Of a DNA stretch of 64,000 nt, positions 57,764-64,000 are shown piece by piece. The position numbers and the translations under genes are program-made. The notes below the pieces were generated by a model. That model ran no database searches, was not told the DNA's origin, and saw nothing but the letters and a program-made list of their open reading frames with translations. Each line of letters opens with the position of its first letter. Position 1 is the stretch's first letter. This stretch comes from a bacterium. GTDB taxonomy: Bacteria; Hinthialibacterota; Hinthialibacteria; Hinthialibacterales; Hinthialibacteraceae. Where the stretch lies: positions 192,001 through 256,000 of the forward strand of contig CAXXMV010000006.1 in assembly GCA_963662285.2 (NCBI GenBank), read 5' to 3'.

Positions 57764-60700
57764 ATGAATCCATCGGCTGATAAAAAACCAATCCTTAATC
57801 TTGCCCTGGAGTTGGGAGTGAGAACTGAAACTCTCCAACAGGCCATGCGGGATATGGGTCTGTCCGCCGATGAATTTGCTTCTTTTGATGCAGACGAAGA
57901 ATCCGTTATTATTGAACAATTAGTATCGACCGGCGTCGTTGCTGAAAATCTTATAAAAGGAAAAGGCCGCAGAAAACTATCCGATGAACCGGTAATTGAC
58001 GACAGTATACTTACCGAAGCCTTGGGGGCCAGCGAATCCGGGTTTTCCGACGCAAATATACCGCGCCAGATACTATTTGAATCCAGTTTTGAAAAGAAAC
58101 CCTTCTTACAGCGTATCTTCAGTAAAAAGAAGGATATTGTAAATTCCCTGGCGGAATCTTCTTTCAGTTCGGAGGACCTTGAAAGTATCTTCAACGCTCC
58201 TTCAGAACGTGGGCAGGATAGAGAACAATCTCCTTTTCAAGAGATTGAAGAAAAAGATTCTAAATCATCGAAAAAAGTAGCTGAAAAACAGCCCGAATCT
58301 ATTGAAGAACTCGAAGAAATCACGGCTGATGAGATTTCCGATGATGATGGATTAAGCCGTGAAAGTTTGCTTGCTGCCGGCATCTCGGCAGAAGATCTGG
58401 ATGAAATCGAAGAGATTGATGAGTCGCTTCTGGGCGACATTGAAGGCGTCGATCTTGATGATGCTGAAGGACTGGATGATATCTCAGCAGATGATCTTGA
58501 AGACCTGGGAGAAATACCTGAAGACGAAAGCTTTGAGATCGACGAAGATATCGAAGCCATTGATAGTGAAGATGGCTTGGATGAAATGGATATCGAACTG
58601 GATGAAGCCGATCTTGAAGGCGTCGAAGATGAAGAAGGTATACCCGATGATGAAGATGAAGATGAATACGTCCCCGGTTATATCGAAAAATTATTCGCCC
58701 GCATCCAACTGACCCAGCAGGAAATGTGGACCATAATGATCGGTTCGCTGGCTATCATGCTGCTTTTGCTGGGCGTGACTGTCTATTGGTGGTTATACAC
58801 CAGCCCGAAAGCCAGGTTGGAATTGTTGGAAGAAGCAAACAAGAGTTACATAAAGGCTACAGATTATAATAATAATTTTAATGAAAAAAAGATGACTTGG
58901 GGTAAACCTCGTGCAACTCTTCAAAATACAATAACGCTATATAAGGATTTTATTAAACGATTCGATAATCATCCCAAGTTAACTGAAGCATATAAGAATA
59001 TGTGTGATTGTTATTACATGACCGCTCTTGGTGATAAAAAAGAAGGTAAATCTGAGTTGAGCGATGATTCTTTTAGACAAATGGCCACTTATTATGAAAA
59101 GTATCTGGCTTTGTTGGAAAGAGAAGCAGATAAAAACGTCGGTGGGGATAATCCTGCTGAATCTTTTCCCAATGTTATTGAGCAGCGTAATGCGCTGCTC
59201 AAAATCGCCAACGCGAAACGTGAACTCAAACAATATGATGCCGCTGTAAAAAGTCTTGAAGACTTCGTTGAGCGTTTCAGAGAAACCAAAGAAGCGCTGC
59301 AGGCTATAGTCGATATTGGCGATGCCTATGAGCAATGGGCTGATACCAAAAATGATATGGAGTTGGAACTGCTTGGTAAAGCAACTACTGCTTATACGCA
59401 GGCGCTTCGTCGAATTCCTGCCGATGACCATGAGTTACGTATGGCGCTCTATGCCAAAATCGGAGATGTTCGTAAAAAACTCTATGACAATAGTCTGAAA
59501 AACAAGAGGGATGATGAAGCCAATCAGTATCTTGATGAAGTTATCGCCAATTATGAAAAGGGAGAAGAAGAAGGTAATAAAATTGATACTAGAGACTTGC
59601 TTCCGACAGAATTCAAAATCCTTAAGCCCAAAATCCAAAAAGTAGCCAAAAAACTTGGCGACCTTTATCTACTTCGTGGGCGCGAAGCAGGCAAGCAATG
59701 GCTAGAGTATGAGAAAACGGCTGAACCTTATCCGGATGCTATAGCTGAAAAACAGCGACTTCTTGATGCCGCCGACCGGGAAAGAATAATCACTGAGAAT
59801 TTCTTAAACAAAGCCAATGCTCTTTATGATCAACTGTTGGTTGATAGTGAATTGCTTTCACCGGAAGAATATGAAGACATTCTTTATAATAAAGCTGATT
59901 GCTTCTATATCGTGAGAGATTACCCAAAAGCCATCAAGGCCGGTGAACTATTATTGAAATCAGAACGTTCTCCCAGTGATGAAGCTAAAACCAAGATATT
60001 ATACCTCCTGGGACATTCGGCATGGGAGGATGCCAAAGTCACTCTAGATTATACCAAAGTTAAAGATTATTATTCGCAAGCTCTTGCGATGAATCCACTT
60101 TATCCTCCCGAACAGAATGGCAAGTATAGTAATCTGGCCGATATCAGGTTGATTAATTCGTATTACCTTTACGGTAATAACAAAAAATACCCGGAAGCGA
60201 TTGAACGCTTTAAAGCAATGATAGAAAGGTTTCCCAAATCCGGTTATACATATCTCTCAGTTTATTTCTATGCTGATACGCTTGAAAAATATGGCGATGA
60301 TTTGAGCGCTAAGGCTCAAAAACTGGAGGATGAAGCAGTTAATTCCAGTATTGCCAATGCATTATTAGGGCAAGCCAGGAAACTGCGTAAAAAAGCTCGC
60401 GATGATGGTTATGAAATGGCTATTACTCAATATGAGAAAGCTATCATCGCACGGGAGTATTCCGAGGAGGTAGATACTCTGAATCAGAGATTTTTGAAGC
60501 AAATTATGTATAACCAAGGGCACAACGCCTTTAAGGCTGGTCAATATACAAAGGCGGAAGAATATTTCAATAAAGCGTTAAAAAAATTTGGTAATGATAA
60601 AACCGCTGAGCATTTTATTCCCCCTGCCATTGAGCGATTGGGGGACATCAACGCGCGTCTAACCAATTATAGTCAAGCTGTGCGATATTATAAAGAATAT

Positions 60701-61507
60701 TTAGATAAAGCTTATGAAAATAATGATATGCGCGTATCCCAAAAATTAGCCGACGCATACCTGAAACAATACTCCTGGGATAAAGCACGGCAAGAATACA
60801 ACAAAATAGTCAGCAATGATCTAACCGTTCCTTCCGAAAGGCAGGTTGAGCGATTGCTGAAAAACTCCGAGAAAGCCAAAAAAGGGCCTGGTTTTGATTC
60901 TTTGAAAAAAATCGCTCAATCCTATTGGTCAGAAGCTCTTTATAATTTTGATGAACGGGACGCCAAAATTGCTGATGCTCTCAAAGCTTATCAAAACCTT
61001 GCCAGCCATTATCCTTTAGACGCCGACAATATGGACCTGCCTGACGATGGAGATTCTCTTCGCATGATTGGCATGATTAATTTTGAGTTGCAGAATTACA
61101 AAGACGCAATCAGGAGTTATGAAGCCTTCCTGAAGAAGGATCCCGAGTTCCCTCGAAAGGGGCAAATATCATATCGTATTGGTCAATCTTATATGAAACA
61201 GGGTAACTTTGATAAAGCAATTGAGGTGTTGACGGAAATTTCCCAGGATTCTTTGGATAATTCAATGCAATACGCTGATATGTTGATTATGCTAGGGCAG
61301 GCCTATCAAAACAAAGCTGATTACATCAAAGAAAATGAAGCCGATGATGTAATGTATCGGCAATACTTAAAACGCGCTCAGCGCATCTATTCCCGTGTTA
61401 CGCTCACTAATCAACCGACCAAAATTCTTGAAGCCAGTACGCTTAGCGCTGCTATTGAATCAATGATTCAAAACCAGCAGGAATTTTCTGTATCCTCGCC
61501 GGGATAA
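57764..61507 (+). CDS. Large single-pass membrane protein: IF2_N-like N-terminus, acidic tract, TM helix, long TPR domain
   Basis: ILNLALELGV...L...MRDMGL; D/E-rich tract at about 58300-58670; TM IMIGSLAIMLLLLGVTVYWWLY; many TPR-like helix pairs. Confidence 0.75.
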   Translation: MNPSADKKPILNLALELGVRTETLQQAMRDMGLSADEFASFDADEESVIIEQLVSTGVVAENLIKGKGRRKLSDEPVIDDSILTEALGASESGFSDANIPRQILFESSFEKKPFLQRIFSKKKDIVNSLAESSFSSEDLESIFNAPSERGQDREQSPFQEIEEKDSKSSKKVAEKQPESIEELEEITADEISDDDGLSRESLLAAGISAEDLDEIEEIDESLLGDIEGVDLDDAEGLDDISADDLEDLGEIPEDESFEIDEDIEAIDSEDGLDEMDIELDEADLEGVEDEEGIPDDEDEDEYVPGYIEKLFARIQLTQQEMWTIMIGSLAIMLLLLGVTVYWWLYTSPKARLELLEEANKSYIKATDYNNNFNEKKMTWGKPRATLQNTITLYKDFIKRFDNHPKLTEAYKNMCDCYYMTALGDKKEGKSELSDDSFRQMATYYEKYLALLEREADKNVGGDNPAESFPNVIEQRNALLKIANAKRELKQYDAAVKSLEDFVERFRETKEALQAIVDIGDAYEQWADTKNDMELELLGKATTAYTQALRRIPADDHELRMALYAKIGDVRKKLYDNSLKNKRDDEANQYLDEVIANYEKGEEEGNKIDTRDLLPTEFKILKPKIQKVAKKLGDLYLLRGREAGKQWLEYEKTAEPYPDAIAEKQRLLDAADRERIITENFLNKANALYDQLLVDSELLSPEEYEDILYNKADCFYIVRDYPKAIKAGELLLKSERSPSDEAKTKILYLLGHSAWEDAKVTLDYTKVKDYYSQALAMNPLYPPEQNGKYSNLADIRLINSYYLYGNNKKYPEAIERFKAMIERFPKSGYTYLSVYFYADTLEKYGDDLSAKAQKLEDEAVNSSIANALLGQARKLRKKARDDGYEMAITQYEKAIIAREYSEEVDTLNQRFLKQIMYNQGHNAFKAGQYTKAEEYFNKALKKFGNDKTAEHFIPPAIERLGDINARLTNYSQAVRYYKEYLDKAYENNDMRVSQKLADAYLKQYSWDKARQEYNKIVSNDLTVPSERQVERLLKNSEKAKKGPGFDSLKKIAQSYWSEALYNFDERDAKIADALKAYQNLASHYPLDADNMDLPDDGDSLRMIGMINFELQNYKDAIRSYEAFLKKDPEFPRKGQISYRIGQSYMKQGNFDKAIEVLTEISQDSLDNSMQYADMLIMLGQAYQNKADYIKENEADDVMYRQYLKRAQRIYSRVTLTNQPTKILEASTLSAAIESMIQNQQEFSVSSPG

Positions 61508-61667
61508 GTCATTCCTTGCCGTTACGGCATTTTTTTCCTGCAATTTCTCCTTCAATGCAATATCATAAAACGTCTTGATAATAATCGCCGATGAAATAGT
61601 GGATTATGCTGAAAAAGGCGGTTTCATTATTATATCGTCAATTGAGAACTCAAAGGTTTTTGATAAC

Positions 61668-61812
61668 AACCCCCTCTTGAATTATCCCCCAACTTGGGGG
61701 AGAGGGGTTATGGTGGCATAAATAGTTGTATAGTTATGGTTTAGGTGCACGGAGTACCGTTGATAAACATTCCTCTCCCAAGATTGGGAGAGGTTAGGAG
61801 AGGGTTGTTATC
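61668..61812. repeat. Family-A-like palindromes
   Basis: CCCCCAACTTGGGGG and CCTCTCCCAAGATTGGGAGAGGTTAGGAGAGGG. Confidence 0.6.
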
Positions 61813-62030
61813 AGTAATCTTTGCAGAATAATAACCAACAATATCAAATTTACTTTTCAAGTGAGTTGCTTTATGGGATTATTGTAGTTTATCATATTGA
61901 TTATAAGAGACTTATGGCAGACATTCATAAAGCCGCCGCCTTATCAGGATTATAGGCAATACAATGCCCTTGTGAATAAAAATGTAAAAGTGGTGGATAA
62001 GTCTATTGTCCTGGAGTCGGTGATATTGTT

Positions 62031-62046
62031 TGGTATATAAATTGCT
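62031..62046 (+). promoter_or_regulatory. Sigma54 (-24/-12) promoter of the flgB operon
   Basis: TGGTAT-ATAAA-TTGCT with GG and GC at the canonical 12-nt spacing, 43 nt before the flgB start. Confidence 0.75.
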
Positions 62047-62089
62047 TATTAATTGTTGGAAAATTACTATTTTTATTTAAGAATGAACT

Positions 62090-62515
62090 ATGATAATTGG
62101 AAGAATTTTTAATAATACGACTCTCAACGTGCTCAAAAAGGGCATTGAGGGAACTAATCAGCGCCATAAGGCGATATCAAACAATATCGCTAATGTTGAT
62201 ACGCCTAATTATCAGCGGGCTACTGTCGGGTTCGAAGATCAACTTAAACGGGTGCTTCGAGGACAGGGAGTTAAAGGGGTGCGAAATCATCCCGACCATT
62301 TCATTATTGGCGGTCCAGAGGAAATCCCTCTTATACGGCCCCGCGTTGATATTGATGATGGAACCCGTTTTCGTCCGGATCATAATAATGTCAATATAGA
62401 CCAGGAAATGGCTGATTTAGCTGAGAATACCCAGCGTAACCTGGAATTTACCGAGTTGCTTAAACGGCGCTATGCCTCAATGAAACGAGTGATTCAGACC
62501 GCCGGACAAGTATAA
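62090..62515 (+). CDS. flgB: Flagellar basal body rod protein FlgB
   Basis: R..AISNNIANVDTPNY, F...L, RPD.NNVNID.EMA.L.EN. Confidence 0.95.
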   Translation: MIIGRIFNNTTLNVLKKGIEGTNQRHKAISNNIANVDTPNYQRATVGFEDQLKRVLRGQGVKGVRNHPDHFIIGGPEEIPLIRPRVDIDDGTRFRPDHNNVNIDQEMADLAENTQRNLEFTELLKRRYASMKRVIQTAGQV

Positions 62516-62550
62516 TCAAGTGATGGTAAGATAGTAGCGGGAGCAACTTA

Positions 62551-62988
62551 ATGAGTTATCAGATTTCCACTTCGGGCATGACAGCCCAACGCATACGCAT
62601 GGATGTAATATCCAATAATATTGCGAATGCCAATACAATGGTGACTGCCGAAGGTTCGCCTTTCCGCCGCCGTCAGGTTCTTTTCGAAGCGCCGGGGCGC
62701 ACTTTTGCTGAATCCATGACAACCGCCCGCCGTCGTTTGAATCGTATGATTGGTTGCGGAGTAAAAGTGCAGAAAATTGTTGAAGACCGTTCGGAAGCAG
62801 CTTATACTAAGATATTCGATCCGGGGCATCCATTCGCCGATGAAAATGGTCTGGTGCTTAGGCCTAACATCAACGTCACTACTGAGATGGTTAACATTAT
62901 CGATGCTTCCAGATCTTACGAAGCCAACTTGACTGCTTTTAACTCTTTTAAGAAGATGGAAGAGCGCGCTCTACAAATTGGAACTTAA
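62551..62988 (+). CDS. flgC: Flagellar basal body rod protein FlgC
   Basis: SGMTAQR.RMDVISNNIANA, PFRRRQV, DPGHPFAD..G.V..PNIN..EMV..I.ASRSYEAN. Confidence 0.97.
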   Translation: MSYQISTSGMTAQRIRMDVISNNIANANTMVTAEGSPFRRRQVLFEAPGRTFAESMTTARRRLNRMIGCGVKVQKIVEDRSEAAYTKIFDPGHPFADENGLVLRPNINVTTEMVNIIDASRSYEANLTAFNSFKKMEERALQIGT

Positions 62989-63041
62989 AGCGTTGTATAA
63001 ATAATATTGCTTTTATTGAAAACTCATAGGAAATTTGTATT

Positions 63042-63398
63042 ATGACTGACTTCAATTCTATTCCTATACCGCCACGCGGCATTGAATCGATCGATACTGG
63101 GAAACTGGATGGGATACAACCCAAACAAAATCAGCCGCAGAGCGGTGATTTTCAGAATCAGCTGCTGCAAGCGTTAGGGCAAATTAGCGCTGACGCCGAT
63201 CAAGTGGCCAATGCAGCATCTTCTAATTATGAAAATGTAGAGCAGGCCATGGGCATAGCAAAAAATGTCTTCGCCGATACTATGCAAATGCACCAAATGA
63301 TGCAAGAATTGATTCATCCTAATGCTAACGATGACTCCGATGGAGATAAAGAGGCTCCCGGAGACAAAGGCGCTAACGGAGATAAAGGAATCGGTTAA
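63042..63398 (+). CDS. FliE-like hypothetical protein (divergent paralogue)
   Basis: GDFQNQLLQALGQI...AD..A..ENVEQAM..A...F aligns by eye with the FliE core; lacks the RN.L..AY.E C-terminus. Confidence 0.5.
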   Translation: MTDFNSIPIPPRGIESIDTGKLDGIQPKQNQPQSGDFQNQLLQALGQISADADQVANAASSNYENVEQAMGIAKNVFADTMQMHQMMQELIHPNANDDSDGDKEAPGDKGANGDKGIG

Positions 63399-63403
63399 AT
63401 GCT

Positions 63404-63727
63404 ATGGTAGATCCGTTGCGGGGAAGTCCCTCAGGGCCAATTGGTCCTGGACCAACCGAACAAGGTCAGCCTGGGCCAAGCGGTTTAAGAGAACCGTCTG
63501 CTCCCGGGCAATCTTTCGTTGATTTGCTCAAAAATTCCATTTGGGAAGTGAATAATCTGCAAGTTTCCGCTGCTGATAAAGTCCAAAAACTTGTAACTGG
63601 CGAGATCAGCAGCGTCCACGAAGTTATGGCCGCCACCGAAGAAGCCGGAATTGCTTTTAACTTACTTATGCAAGTTCGAAACCAGCTTGTTAAGGCCTGG
63701 GATGAACTGCGGCGCACTCCCGTCTAA
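63404..63727 (+). CDS. fliE: Flagellar hook-basal body protein FliE
   Basis: SFVDLLKNSI.EVN.LQ..A, TGE...VHEVM.A.EEA..AF.L..QVRNQLV.AWDEL.R. Confidence 0.93.
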   Translation: MVDPLRGSPSGPIGPGPTEQGQPGPSGLREPSAPGQSFVDLLKNSIWEVNNLQVSAADKVQKLVTGEISSVHEVMAATEEAGIAFNLLMQVRNQLVKAWDELRRTPV

Positions 63728-63957
63728 TAATAATTCCTGAATTCTTGGATTTTTTGAGATAATCACCAAGATAATCTCATAAGAATCACTGGGAAATGTT
63801 GAAAAAATCAAATACTTCAATAATTTTAAAAAGTTTTTGAAAAAAAAGCTTGATTTTTCTGCCGTGATGCGATTCAATATAGCGGTTCAAGACTTAGATT
63901 AATTCTAGTTTATGAATCATAAGGCGATTAATTATTGACTTTTACAGATTTATTTGC

Positions 63958-64000
63958 TAGAGTAATTTTAATGAAAACGTTCTGATTTGTGATAATAAAC
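63958..64000. mobile_element. Family-D element end (reverse orientation, cut by window edge)
   Basis: TAGAGTAATTTTAATGAAAACGTTCTGATTTGTGAT matches the reverse complement of the family-D right end. Confidence 0.55.

Overview
Bacterial chromosomal window with about 55 genes, probably from a flagellated diderm candidate-phylum organism. The OLB16/Hinthialibacterota-Sumerlaeota neighbourhood is suggested by the pilin style and a C-terminal W-x-x-Y motif, but this is inference only. The left part is housekeeping: eno, ftsB, tRNA-fMet, two HU genes, tatD and a Trk/Ktr K+ system. The middle is a patchwork of transport and carbohydrate genes (ABC exporter, MFS, GH2, Gfo/Idh/MocA, LarA) plus a MoxR-ATPase/YehM-like/MazG-like operon. 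The right part holds a YafQ-type toxin-antitoxin pair at tRNA-Ala(CGC), maf, an atypical RpoD-like sigma factor, an Rrf2 regulator, a sigma54 two-component system, a giant acidic-TM-TPR protein and the start of the flagellar flgB-flgC-(fliE-like)-fliE operon. At least five families of short intergenic repeats (REP/REPIN/MITE-like) are present, with no transposase and no CRISPR array. The best candidate for an undescribed system is a very AT-rich, tightly packed three-gene minus-strand operon at 39143-42534: an acidic-linker protein with a YbjN/T3SS-chaperone-like C-terminus, a coiled-coil-HNH nuclease, and a remodelled ComM/YifB MCM-like ATPase with coiled-coil and extra Zn-finger insertions. 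It looks like a horizontally acquired helicase-nuclease module, possibly anti-phage. All calls come from reading motifs by eye; no database searches were run.
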